From Balanoglossus misakiensis (lineage: Eukaryota; Animalia; Hemichordata): a stretch of DNA of 64,000 nt. Numbering within the stretch: the stretch's first letter is position 1; every line of letters begins with the position of its first letter. A model generated the notes under the pieces. That model was not told where the DNA came from and made no database searches. It saw nothing but the letters and a program-made list of their open reading frames with translations. The position numbers and the translations under genes were made by a program. The stretch is taken from the NCBI GenBank assembly GCA_040954595.2, contig CM082579.2, positions 13,951,834 through 14,015,833 on the forward strand. Direction: 5' to 3'. Of this stretch, positions 49,984-63,034 are shown piece by piece.

Positions 49984-50308
49984 TAAGGGCTGCAAACAAA
50001 GTCTGTAGGTAGCAAACACTTACCCCAGTACTGTAGTTGAGAGTCAGTTTCTTCTGATTTGTATTTATATACAGATTTGTATATGTACCAGTGTTTTGCA
50101 GATATCATTTTGAAATTGTAATAAATGAATTATTTACAGAGACATATTTGTCAAGTATTCATTCACAATATAAAATAGAATGATTAAGAATGAATAGCTG
50201 TGTGTTTGAGCTGAATGTATACTGGTATCTGTTTGCTCGGGGTGAACTGGTTACTTTCCATGGCCAAACGATACAATCTTCGCCTAAATCAAAATCCTTA
50301 GCGTCCGG

Positions 50309-51537
50309 TCATGGTTGGCAATATTTTTCAATAGAAAATCTATTGACGGCAATAGAATTCAATAGAGACAGTGGATTTTTGTTAAAATACACTGTTCACA
50401 TTGAAATGTATGTAGTTGGGGCAAACCTGACAAACTCTTTGTCATTTTGTGATGATTATGTGCACACATTTGCTAAAAACTAGGGGAAAATGTTTCTTTC
50501 ACCTATTTCATGGTTGGCAATATTTTTCAATAGAAAATCTATTGACGGCAATAAAATTCAATAGAGTCAGTGGATTTTTGTTAAAATACACTGTTCACAG
50601 TGAAATATATGTAGTTGGGCCAAACCTGACAAATTCATTTGTCGTTTTGTGTTGATTATGTGCACACATTTGCTAAAAACTAGGGGAAAATGTTTCTTTC
50701 ACCTATTTCATAGTTGGCAATATTTTTCAATAGAAAATCTATTGACGGCAATAGAATTCAATAGAGACAGTGGATTTTTGTTAAAATACACTGTTCACAG
50801 TGAAATGTATGTAGTTGGGGCAAACCTGACAAATTCCTTTGTCATTTTGTGATGATTATGTGCACACATTTGCTAAAAACTAGGGAAAAATATTTCTTTC
50901 AACCATTTCAAGGTTGACAATATTTTTCAATAGAAAATCTATTGACGGCAATAGAATTCAATAGAGTCAGTGGATTTTTGTTAAAATACACTGTTCACAG
51001 TGAAATATATGTAGTTGGGCCAAACCTGACAAATTCATTTGTCGTTTTGTGTTGATTATGTGCACACATTTGCTAAAAACTAGGGGAAAATGTTTCTTTC
51101 ACCTATTTCATGGTTGGCAATATTTTTCAATAGAAAATCTATTGACGGCAATAGAATTCAATAGAGACAGTGGATTTTTGTTAAAATACACTGTTCACAG
51201 TGAAATGTATGTAGTTGGGGCAAACCTGACAAATTCCTTTGTCGTTTTGTGTTGATTATGTGCACACATTTGCTAAAAACTAGGGGAAAATGTTTCTTTC
51301 ACCTATTTCATGGTTGGCAATATTTTTCAATAGAAAATCTATTGACATCAATAGAATTCAATAGAGTCTGTGGATTTCTGTTAAAATATACTTTGTTCAC
51401 AGTGAAATATGTGTAATGGGGGCAAATCTTACAAATTGCTTTGTCATTGTATGATAATCATGTTAAAACCTATTAAAAATCATTTTTCACTTATTTCATG
51501 CTAGGTAATATTTTCAATAGAAAATCTATTGACGGCT
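50309..51537. repeat. Tandem array of ~6 x 200-bp units in the EnSpm right subterminal region
   Basis: Units begin tcatggttggcaatatttttcaatagaaaatctattgacggc at ~50309, 50508, 50708, 50908, 51108 and 51308. Confidence 0.93.
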
Positions 51538-54500
51538 AGTTTAATGGAAATCATCTGTATAATTCTATAGAAAATAATATTCTATTGATTTTCTATTGAA
51601 TTCTACACGTTTCTATAGAGGTCTATAGAGTTCTATAGAACCTTTTTCGTAAGGGTTGAAATGTGTTTTACATCTAAATGCATCGTTTTGGGAACATTTT
51701 CTAGTATGTATGTGATTATTAAATTGAACTTGTATATTTCCTGGGGCAACTAAATTTTCAGTAAAGATAAGGAATGCCCAATGTTCGGATTGTCTTCAAA
51801 AAGATGACAACAACTCAAGTCTCAAAAACTCTTTTGTTTTTAAGTTTGAATTGTAGTTGTCACATCATTAACGACTTCACATGTGAATGCCAAATTTCGA
51901 TTCTTAGCAAATGTTGTATTTTCACAGAGAGGAGTCCATTTCTCAATCATATCACCCCGCAAACTGCCTGAACTCCAAAAACTTAACTTCAAAGCATATG
52001 GTGAAGTACAGATGGTACCAATGAAGGATTATGCGGCTGATCCACACCACATGATACTTCTCAAAGGTTATCAACTTGCAGGTAGGTATCTGTTGCTACG
52101 CAAATATTTGCAATCATACCATGATCTAGATTCTAAAGTTCACTGGTCAAATATATAACTTGTTTACGTGGTCATTTACAACCAATTCATCATTTTGTGG
52201 TTTGTTAAGATTTTCAGTACTCTAAATTGGTACTTCAATAAAATGGTTGTAATATATTTATTAATATTTATTACACATCACGTATTATTATGCGCTCCTG
52301 GTTGGCTAATACTAAATATGACAGAAATTCATGACCTGTGCACACGATCTGAGGCTTATGGAAGTTATTGTCGTGAGTGATGCAGTGTATTCTGTTGCAG
52401 TACTTTCACAAGCCAGCCTATTATTCCCCATCATTTCATTGCATGGCCAATTAATTACACATCCTCCTGAAAATTGTTGGAAGGTGGGCAATCAATTTCC
52501 ATGGTTACATCCTGGATGAAACACTGGTACAGGTTCAAGACAAGTTTAGTGACATTGTGTGAATCCACAGCAGAATTTCACATAAACTGTATAATCCTCC
52601 ATTTTTGTAATGATTGTGTTTCAGAAAAATCTGTGTCAAGTGGTGATACAAAAGAGGTTGCCATAGTGAAACCTACAACCATAGTAACCACTTCAGTGTC
52701 TACAACCACTACCACAACACAGCCACTGAAACCTGCAAACAGTTACCATGGTTACAAGGGCCTAGCTCTGGTATGACCTCAAATCCTCTCAAATCAACTG
52801 TTGGAAGTTCATCTTTAGGTAAAGTCTCCAGTGTTGCTTCCCAGCCATTGTCAAATTAAGTCCACACACAATTAGACCACCAAGTGTAGTGTGAGATATA
52901 GTAGAATTATTAAGAGTATTGCCGTGTTGATCTTCAGTACAATATGAGTTAAAGTTATATAGCACTTTGTGATCAGAAATTGACTCAACCAAGTCAACCC
53001 CAGATGCAGGGCCAAGGTAGAGGATATTGGTGCAGTTAGTGAAATATGAGAATGCAAAATTGAAGTGTAGCGTAACAGCTGTCTCCTTTGATATGCGAAC
53101 ATTTCCTGTCACAGAAAATTCCCGTTTTACAGTATATAAATATATCAACTAGATATTTTTACTGCAGGTGCCACACCAAGTCATCTGTCACCTGGACAAC
53201 CAAGTCAAATTGGAAGTCCGTCTCCACAACATCTGTCATCCTCTCAACAGAAACTGAGTCAGTCCCAGATGCAGGGCCAAGGTCAAAGGTCATCAATGCC
53301 TTTTGCCCAGCCTACCAGTTTACCAAACCAACCAGTATCCACTGTCACAGCAAACAGGACACAACAACCCAATGTGACTGTTTCAAGTATCCCCATGAGA
53401 CAATTTTGTCCACCCAGGTACAGTTGTGGTCTACCTTCTACTTTATGAGATTCAAATTAGCTGTTTCTAGTTACCCATCCTGTGAATTGAAAGCTTTTTA
53501 TGACTGTTTCACATAGCCTTGTGTTACCATTTTCTATACAGTAAACTATTGTTTCAAAACACATTCATAACTTCTGTTTTGGTTGCTAGAAACCCACTCT
53601 GTGAATGCAAAGACTCTTTTGGATAATGCCAGAGACTCAGTGATCAATTTCAATTTTTAATGAGATGTGTGTTGAAAATAGGACTTTGAGAGTTGCAAGC
53701 TCAACATCGAATCAAAAATTGAAGTCATGAATTTAAAATGGGGTTTTGAATACTGGCCTTGATAATGCTTCATATTAACTAGGTTTGTTACTCTTTTTGG
53801 ACAGGCAACTTCACCACCAAAGATGACTTCCCAGCATGCACCAGCTGCTGCACTGTAAGCCACAGAGGGTGTCATGCAAATGGTAAATGCTAGTCAGTTC
53901 AGTAAGATGCCACCAATTGCTGCTGTGAATTCTATCAACTCACAGCCAGAGCAGAGATGGCCAGGTACAGATTCACAGCCACAAAGAGGTAGGTACAGTC
54001 AAACCTGTCTATACTGGCCAGTCAAGGGACTTCCAAAACTGACATTTATAGACAGGTGGCTTCTATAGACAGGTCAATAAATGTGCAATGTACATGTACA
54101 TGAAATGAAACAAAGTTGCCACTACATAGAGGTTGCAACAAACACATAGTTGACTGTCATATATGTTATGTTGCCATGGCAGTCATTTACCATGAGTTCG
54201 ATTATACATTGCCAAAACCGGAGGAAAAAATATTCAAGTTCCCCTTTTCATATTCTCCATCAATGGTATAATACGCCAGTGTCATGACCACACACAACTT
54301 CCACCCTGCTTGTAGCCACGAGAGTGAAAAAACCTCACCAATATGAACAATCGGTCTCTATCATTTATTCATTTTGGGCGAGTTCTTATGCTCATATCAT
54401 TCAAGCGGGATGGAAATTGTGTATGGTTGAACATTCATTCACTACATATACATATGTACATTAATATAAAATGTCTCTTGTATCAAACATAATGGAAAAA

Positions 54501-56991
54501 AGGGCAGCAAGAGAGAGACTTTGTCCCTTTAATAGAAATGTGCATGTAATATTTTATTCAAACCATCACTTCTGTCTTGAACAATCTTTCCTTAATAGAG
54601 TGGTGTACTGATTAGAGAGATGTCTTATTGACAGGTTTCACTGTATTACCAACATTTTCAGTTCCATAATCCTTCAGTGTTTGCCAGAGAATTTGACAGC
54701 AGTCAAAAACTTTCTCTGCCATACTCACAATAAGAGAAAGCTTGCACCTGTGTTTTACTGTTAAATTACCATACCACAAAAAAACAGGTTGTTTTTGCGA
54801 GCAATAAATTTTTCGCAAAATATGCGAGAATCAACAAACGTGAAAATAAAAAGTCGCGTAAAATGTTTTTCGGAGATAAAGATGCAATGAAATACGAGAA
54901 TGTGAAAATCGATCCTCGCGTAACAGTTTGGTCTTTTAATGTCGCGAAAAATTTCCTTTCATGAAAATAATCTGTTTTACAGTCCGGTAATATTGAAGGT
55001 CAGAATGCTTTTGATGAGAGAACAATACACCAGTTGCAAAGTATCTTGACAAACATGAAATGATTGAATTCTCCGAAGAAGATATAATCTCGCAGTTGGT
55101 GTGTTGTTTCCTCATCAAAAGCATTCTGACCTTCAATATTATTCTGTTGAGCTATACATGCAATCTAGTCTATATATGTTCAGAGGTGATTATATCATCC
55201 ATAATAGATCCTAAATACTAAAAGAGCATAAAATGACTGCGACAGATACTTTGTAAGTTGTAACAGGTGGGAAATAAGAATTTGGATAACACAGTATTTT
55301 GGCTATTGTTGGGGAGCATGAATAAGTGATTTTGGAACCCCATGTAACACCTGTCTTACCATTAATATGACTGCATTGATGGTACCATGAGGAATGCTAG
55401 TAAAATGACTGGGGAACCCTGGTTACATTACCCTGATCATCACTATGGTTCAGTCCAAAAGCATTGTTTTCTATGTTAAGGTTGGACCTCTGAAGAGGAA
55501 ATTGGGGTGGAAGGGTAAGAAAAAACACTGACTGACAATACTGCCAATAACGAAATATTGTTTTTCTCTTCTCTTTGCATACAGCACACAAGAACAGAAA
55601 CCTTGTATATTGATCTGCAACTCTCCTCCACATCCCTTGCCAAGTCAAGATAGTATTAATTACAGTGGATTTACTGCAGATCAATTGACTGCCATGTTGG
55701 GTAAGGTAAGCGATGTAAAACATTTCATACAACACTGCCTACTAACAATAGTCATATCAATCTGACAAGGGAAGATGAAAACAAAAACATCTTTTCAAAC
55801 TAGCTTACTGTGCGGACCAATTTCATTAAGCCCCATTTAACAGGAATTCTGGTTTTATAATTAACTTTGATTGATTGACATGTGTTTTACATCTAAATGC
55901 ATCGCTTTGGGAACATTTTCTAGTATGTATGAGATTATTAAATTGAACTTGTATATTTGCTGAGGGCAACTAAATTTTCAGTAAAGATGAGGAATGCTCA
56001 ATGTTTTGATTGTCTTCAAAATGATGACAACAACTCAAGTCTCAAAAACTCTTTGTTTTGAATTTTGAATTGTTTTTGTTGCATCAGTAACGACTTCACA
56101 TGTGGATGCCACATTTGATTCTTAGCAAATGTTGTATTTTGACAGAGAGGAGTCCATTCCTCAATCATATCACCCCGCAAACGGCCTGAACTCCAAAAAC
56201 TTAGCGACAAAGCGTGAAATACAGATGGTACCTATGAAGGATTATGCGGCTGATCCACACCACATGATACTTCTCAAAGGTTATCAACTTGCTGGTAGGT
56301 ATATGTTGCTATGCAAATATTTGCAATCATACCATCCAGATTCTAAAGTTCACAGGTCAAATATATAACTTGTTTACGTGGCCATTTACAACCAATTCAT
56401 CATTTTGTGGTTTGTTAAGATTTTCATTACTCTAAATTGGTACTTCCATAAAATGGTTGTAATATTTATTACACATCACGTATTGTTATGCGCTCCTGGT
56501 TGGCTAATACTAAATATGACAGAACTTCATGACCTCTGCACACGATCTGAGGCTTATGGAAGTTATTGTCGCGAGTGATGCAGTGTATTCTGTTGCAGTA
56601 CTTTCACAAGCCAGCCTATTATTTCCCATCATGTCAATGCCTGGCCAATTAATTACACATCCTCCTGAAAATTGTTGGTAGGTGGGCAATCAATTTCCTT
56701 GGTTACATCCTGGATGAAACACTGGTACAGGTTCAAGGCAAGTTTAGTGACATTGTGTGATTCCACATCAGAATTTCACATCAACTGTATAATCCTCCAA
56801 TTTTGTGTTTCAGAAAAATCGGTGTCCAGTGGTGATACAAAAGAGGTTGCCATAGACAAACCTACAACCATAGCAACCACTTCAGTGTCTACAACCACTA
56901 CCACAACACAGCCACTGAAACCCGCATCAACAGTTACCATGTTTACAGCATCTACCTCCAGTATGACCTCAAATCCTCTCAAATCAAATGT

Positions 56992-57458
56992 TAGTCTCGG
57001 TTACCCAGATGCCTTTGCTTCTTCCGATGCTCTCCAGAAAAGGGTCTGGGGAAATGCTATTGAAAGCTTTGTAAAACAAAATGGCCGATGTCAGGATTTT
57101 GATCATCGCCTGATTGGCTGAGCTGTCAGTATGACCCGGGTCACTGGCTCTCAACAATGTATGATTTTTTGTCGTCTCTTCATATCAAGAGACCGGTACT
57201 TGTTGGTTGATGCGAAAGGCAAAAGGCGTCCTCTGTTAGCATTGTTGGAGAAATTATACGAAATATCTTTGGTAGACGATTGTCGAAACTATTGCGGTGA
57301 CCCGGGTCATACTGACAGCTCAGCCAATCAGGCGATGATCAAAATCCTGACATCGGCCATTTTGTTTTACAAAGCTTTCAATAGCATTTCCCCAATTTCC
57401 CCAGACTCTTTTCTGGAGAGCATCGGAAGAAGCAAAGGCGTCTGGGTAACCGAGACAA
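56992..57458. mobile_element. Academ(H)-type palindromic MITE
   Basis: TIRs tagtctcggttacccaga.. / ..tctgggtaaccgagacaa, ~150 bp long. 9-bp TSD atcaaatgt/atcaactgt. Empty site at ~52793. Confidence 0.85.
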
Positions 57459-57654
57459 ATCAACTGTTGGAAGTTCATCCCCAGGTAAAGTCTCCAGTGT
57501 TGCTTCCCAGCCATTGTCAATTTAAGTCCGCACATAATTAGACCACCAAGTGAAGTGTGAGATATAGTAGAATATTGCCATGTTGATCTTCACTACAAGT
57601 TAGTTAAAGTTATATAGCACTCTGTGATCAACGAGTTGAAAATACAGCATGAGT

Positions 57655-57684
57655 TTTCGGGGACATGTAGTCCCCTTCATCAGA
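57655..57684 (-). ncRNA. Minimal hammerhead-ribozyme core (Penelope-like/retrozyme type)
   Basis: Minus strand reads tCTGATGAa-ggggac-tacat-gtcccc-GAAA, i.e. the CUGANGA box, a 6-bp stem II and the GAAA box. Stems I and III not established. Confidence 0.6.
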
Positions 57685-59535
57685 TGCACACGTGGAATGA
57701 ACAGAGAAACAGAGAATCATGGGGTATTCAAAGTAGGAAATATGTGCAGGACCAGGTGCATCAGAAATTTTTCCTGCAGTGGATTTTCTATCTGAGGATG
57801 GTGACTTCATGACCGAAATTTTGTGTCCGTGAGCAAGGCACTTTACTTCTCATTGCTCTGAGGAGACTCATGGCTTTGTGTAGGTGATTTGCACCTTTTC
57901 TAGTCTTTCTACTAGACATATTTTCTGTGTTTGTGATAGATGAATTACTGTCTTACAGGAAATTTTTGTGAACTTCGTGAGAACCAAAAAATGCGAATTA
58001 AAAAGTCATGTAAAAATATTTTTCAGGGATATTGGTGCAGTTAGTGAAATATGAGAATGCGAAATTTAATTGTAGAATAACAGCTGTCTCTTAGGATTAT
58101 GCGAACATTTCCTGTCACAGAAATTTTCTGTTTTACAGTATATAAATAAATCAAGTAGATCTTTTTACTGCAGATGCTACACCAACAATTCATCTGTTAC
58201 CTGGACGACCAAGTCAAATTTGAAGTCAGTCTCCACAACAACTATCGTCCTCTCAACAGAAACTGATTCAACCAAGTCAGCCCCAGATGCAGGGCCAAGG
58301 TCAAAGGTCATCAATGCCTTTTTCCCAGCCTACCAGTTTACCAAACCAACCAGTATCCACTGTCACAGCAAACAGGACTCAACAACCCAATGTGACTGTT
58401 TCAAGTATCCCCATGAGACAATTTTGTCCACCCAGGTACAGTTGTGGTCTACCTTCTACTTTTTGATATTCAAATTAGCTGTTTCTAGTTACCCATCCTG
58501 TGAATTGAAAGCTTTTTATGACTGTATCGCATAGCCTTGTCTTACCAGTGTCTACACAGTAGACTATTTATTTTCAAAACACATTCAAAACTTCTGTTTT
58601 GGTTGCAAAAAAGCCACTCTGTAAATGGAAAGACTCTTTGGATAATGCCACAGACTCATTAATCAAATTCAATTTTTAATGTGATTAATGTTGATAAGCC
58701 CTAAAACCTGATCCCTTCCAAATGTGAGTATGTGTGTTGAAAATGGGACTTTGAGAGTTGTAAGCTCAACATCGATTCAAAAATTGAAGTCATGAAGTAA
58801 AAAATGTGGTTTTGAATACTAGCCTTGATAATGCTTCATATTAACTAGGTTTGTTACCCTTTTTGGACAGGCAACTTCACCACCAAAGATGACTTCTCAG
58901 CATGTGCCGGCTGCTGCACTGAAAGCCACAGAGGGTGTCATGCAAATGGTAAATGCTAGTCAGTTCAGTAAGATGCCACAAATTGCTGCTGTGAATTCTA
59001 TCAACTCACAGCCGCAGCAGAGATGGCCAGGTACAGATTCAAAGCCACAACGAGGTAGGTACAGTCAAACCTGTCTACAGTGGCCAGTCAAGGGACTTTC
59101 CTAAACTGGCATTTATAGACAGGTGGCTTCTATAGATAGGTCAATTAATGTGCAATGTACATGTACATGAAATGAAACAAAGTTGCCACTATAATAGAGG
59201 TGGCCACAAACACAGATTTGACTGTCATATATGTTATGTTGCCATGGCAGTCATTTACCATTAGTTTGAATATACTTTGCCAAAACCTGAGGAAAAAATA
59301 TTCAAGTTCCCCTTTTCGTATTCCCCTATCAATGGTATAATACAACAGTGTCATGGTAAAATTTTGTGACATTTTTGCTAACTGCTAAAGCCCAAGTAAC
59401 ATTGTTTTTTTCAGTATTTTTCAGCGAAGGAATTAACCCTAGTTTCTTGTTCTGCTATGGATAGCTTTATGAAATGTTCAGTCTTTAGCTTCTATACAAA
59501 ACTTGTACATGAGTAATGGCCATTGTGAATATTAA

Positions 59536-60731
59536 CCCTTACGCTGTCGAGTCCGTAGCAGAGCGCCCGATTTCCGGTGTGGGTAGAAGTCGAACGTTGG
59601 CGAGTGATGAATGACCTAATCGGTATGGATCGATATGATTCACCGACCCGCTGGGGTCTCTAGGCGTTTGCCTGCGCTTCGCTATAACGGGTTGACTTTG
59701 AACTACCGTTTTGAGGGCAATATCTGTTAGGACAGGAAAGGCTCGACAGGGTTCTTTGCCTTGAACTACAAAGAGCACACTATCCTAAGAGGCACATTCC
59801 GCCGGTCATTCCCGACCCTGTGGAGACCGTTTTTTTGCGTCCGTCAAAAACGTACTTGGCATCGATGCATTGTTTACTATAACAGACGGTTCCACAACGA
59901 CATAGGGTATCGACCTTTTCGATGGCCAGCGGTGTCGGATGCACTCGTGGGTAGCACTGTTTGGGAAAGTGCGTTTTGGGATCGACTCGGGAAACATGAC
60001 GAAATGGTGCAATGGGGCCCGCAGAGCTTGCGGGATACCTATGACTGTGTCGGTACAACCCTGTGCCGTAAAAAATTTATAGCGTATTAACACCGTACTG
60101 AACGTCAGTTTGCCGTGCGTAAGTAACCAACGTGTCGTTATCACAACGTCCGTGTGTGTCTCGTCTGAAGAAATGAGTCGTTATCACAACGTCCGTGTGT
60201 GTCTGGTCTGAAGAAATGAGTCGTTGTCGGGCGGCTGTAGAGTGGGACACTGTGCGCCAGTGTCTAGTCGTTCGCATTACGTGTCGAACTAACTCGTACC
60301 CTACGGGAAAGTGGCAGGGGAAGGTGTGCCCGAACACCCCTGGCGGTACACCCTGGGTCCCCTACTGACAACTAATGGTGTCGTCGTTGTGACGTGATAT
60401 GGCGTGTGCTAACACACTAACTTTATTTTCGTAAAAGTAAGCCTCGAAATGACGTTGACAGACGCTCCCCTCCCAGGGGAACGAACCCGATGACCCCACA
60501 ACTTTTACCCGGTTAATTGTTGTTTGAGGTCCCGCCAACACGGGACTGTGCCAAACTTGAAGTCTAGCACGTTCAAAAGCAGCTAAAATGACCCTCCAAA
60601 AACCCGATTTTCAGGCAAAAAGCCTGGTAATCCAGCGGGTGTAGAATGCCGGATTCTACATACACCGAAAAGGAGGCGGTCTCGTAACGACTCGGCAGCC
60701 CAACGGGTTATGACCCCCGGTAGCAAGAGGG
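59536..60731. mobile_element. piggyBac-like non-autonomous element, GC-rich
   Basis: ttaa|cccttacgctgtcg ... cggtagcaagaggg|ttaa, imperfect TIRs, sharp GC shift, internal ~43-bp tandem duplication at 60134-60225. No transposase ORF. Confidence 0.7.
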
Positions 60732-61468
60732 TTAAATGAACTCAGACGAGAATTCATTTTTCAACAATAACAATGCTGATCAATATATAAAACGCCTTTG
60801 TTTGAAAACCAAACTCTGAATAAATTCTTAATGTTTTACAGAGTAGAATAAAGTCTTACAGCTGATATCCAAAGTTAACATTGAAGTTATTGACGTTTTA
60901 ATACTACTGTGTTTACTTATCAGCAGGTATGCAGTCAACGATGCGAACAGGAGTGCAGTCAACACAACCGACAGTACCTAATGTGAGCGACAGCAAAAAT
61001 CCACCTGTCACCACTGGCACCAATGTTATTCCAACTCTGACACAGCCACAAGTACATGTACAAAACCAGTCATTGGTATGTTATGTTATGAGCTGAGTTA
61101 TAATACCCACCTATCCCTTTTGCCTGGCAAGTGACAGTTTATCACTTTTCAGTATTTCAATGGAACTGTATTTGGATAATTTGTTACCTAACATGACATC
61201 AGAAGATGGCAGCTTGATGTCTTAACTGAGGACATTGGATGACCAGTAGATAAAGATTTTCTTTGATATCAATGACATCAGACGCAGTTCCGTTGGCATT
61301 CAAATTTCCAGCTGACGGGGAATTTCAGCAACGTGGTGCAAATGACGACTGTGCAGATGAATACCAAGATGCTGTTGAGGCACCATGCCTGATACATATT
61401 ACCTGTCTGGTGGTACTAAAGTATAAACACATCCGGAAAAAAATATTTTACGGGATACCAATTGAGAC

Positions 61469-62113
61469 TAATAGAATCTCACATTCCCAAGGACCTGTGA
61501 TCATATTTCTCACATGAGTTGGGGATTTTTGTCCCACACGAGCCGCAGGCGAGTGTGGGACAAAAAATCCCCAACCAGTGTGAGAAATACGATCCCAGGT
61601 CCTTGGTGTGTGAGATTCTTTTTCTCACACGACCAGAAATTTGCAATATTAACGTTTATTTACAATAAAAGGACTAAATCTATAAAATACCAACTGATAA
61701 CTGCATGACCAGTCATATATTGATCCGCCCCTCAAAATATAGTCCCCATTTCATCACGAGTTTACAGTACACACATGCTATAAAAATGTGCTCAACACAT
61801 TTTAATATGGAGATTGTTTCCAGTGGTATAAATTCAAGCGATATCTAGAAAATACAACCGTGTTTTTTAGTCTGTCGCCAACCACGTACACCACTGTCGT
61901 CTGCACATGACCTGATCACATTGTAGTTCAGGTTTGTGTACAACACATCACACAATTGGATAATATTTGTTCGTTCTGAGGGGTATGAATATCATTATCC
62001 AATCAGAGCTCGTGTCAGATAACAGTTGTCTGTGTGCGCATTAACACAGAGTGTGGGATCAATTTGATCCCACACTCTCTATCCCACACTCCCAGCGGCC
62101 AGGAGTGTGAGAA
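61469..62113. mobile_element. Inverted copy of the 34484-34946 hairpin element family
   Basis: aatagaatctcacattcccaaggacctg..cacgagccgcaggcgagtgtg..cccacactcccagcggccaggagtgtgagaaa is the reverse complement of both ends of 34484-34946. Confidence 0.75.
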
Positions 62114-63034
62114 AAATTATTCCCATCTTGTTATAAATCTGAGCCCAGGTGTCTTTGGTGTGAGATTCCAGTAGTCAAGAGTAGGCTTACCTTGAATAAT
62201 GTAATGCTTGTAAATAATTTATAATTTCTTCTTACCCTCCAGATATGAATGTCACAGTGGTGGAAATGCGTGCCAACACTATTGTCAGAATACCCATGGT
62301 AGTTATCTCTGCGCTTGCAGACCAGGATTCTATCTGCTGGAGGATGGCTATGCATGTGGCGGTATGTAACTGTGGATATTGATCTCTTCTGTGGCTACAC
62401 TGTTTGGGGATTGTATATTGCTATGGTTACAATCAGCTAAACACACATCCTGTCAGTCCATTGCACACATTTTAAAATTTGAAATCAACCGCACACTCGT
62501 ACTGAACACATGTTTGTTGAAATTGTATCTCAGAATTTTTCCATTTATAATTATGCATAATATAAACAAATTAACAAATGTGAAATTTTATCTTTGAAAA
62601 TTTGTTTGCAAGGGTGAAAAAGTAATCTGTTTTTTTAAAAATCAGACAAAGTTTTGCTGACAGGGTACACGAGTTTCAGGGGATTTTGTTAAAATGAGAA
62701 TGATAGAGAGTGTTAAAATTCTTAGATTCTGAGATTGCCATGGATATTGAGGACTTTGATGTAAAAACAATTAATTGATCAAGAAATATGTGGTTAAGTA
62801 TATGTGTCATCAACCTCACACTATACTATAAGACTGTCTGATATATTTATGCACAAGTACAATGTATTTTCACTACTTATATGCATAACACCCATCAAAT
62901 TAACATAATTTATCGACCTATAGCTAAATAAATTACCACAGCAAAGAATAAATATACACTTAGAAAATTCATATAGTTTTCATCTCATTTTAAAGACATT
63001 ATAAATGCTTCTCCGAGGGGTACAGTAATTTTTA

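Larger units (their letters stand above)
40632..51655 (+). mobile_element. Complete EnSpm/CACTA-superfamily transposon (CCC termini, 2-bp TSD)
   Basis: TIRs cccttacgaaaaagttctatagaac / gttctatagaacctttttcgtaaggg. TSD TT, confirmed by the empty paralogous site tttgattgattgacatgtgtttt at ~55866-55888. Confidence 0.93.
38184..53990 (+). pseudogene. MED25: MED25-like (Mediator subunit 25, vWA domain) partial copy 1, disabled
   Basis: Exon 38184-38282 (LSGAGEKYGMISEGLSTALQLFDDMKRLR), exon 40365-40484 (KHCILI-NSPPYPLPSQGSINYSGFTVEQLAAMLGE, 1-nt deletion) and exon 51928-52081 (RGVHFSIISPRKLPEL..DYAADPHHMILLKGYQL) match MED25 motifs IAEGLSTALQLFDDFK, CLLICNSPPY, RGIHFSIVSPRKLP and DPRHMVLVRG. S/T/P-rich exons follow at ~52625, 53169 and 53803, the last with a TAA. 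Confidence 0.85.
54287..59355 (+). repeat. Second unit of a tandem segmental duplication (first unit 38605-54286, excluding later insertions)
   Basis: Collinear high similarity across exons and introns. Junction cagtgtcatg|accacacacaac at 54286/54287. Confidence 0.92.
55585..61075 (+). pseudogene. MED25: MED25-like partial copy 2, disabled
   Basis: Exon 55585-55705 (CILICNSPPHPLPSQDSINYSGFTADQLTAMLGK) and exon 56146-56294 (RGVHSSIISPRKRPELQKLSDKA*, short deletion). The ~56813 exon is interrupted by an Academ MITE. Further exons at ~58173, ~58871 and ~60927. Confidence 0.8.

Noticed and set aside
50190-51255. Repeated ~68-aa ORFs
   Set aside because: Artefacts of the 200-bp tandem array.
56672-57541. 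149-aa and 136-aa ORFs
   Set aside because: Read-through across intron, exon and a palindromic Academ MITE.
59539-60337. GC-rich ORFs suggesting a foreign gene
   Set aside because: No recognisable motifs; they lie within a TTAA-flanked non-autonomous element.
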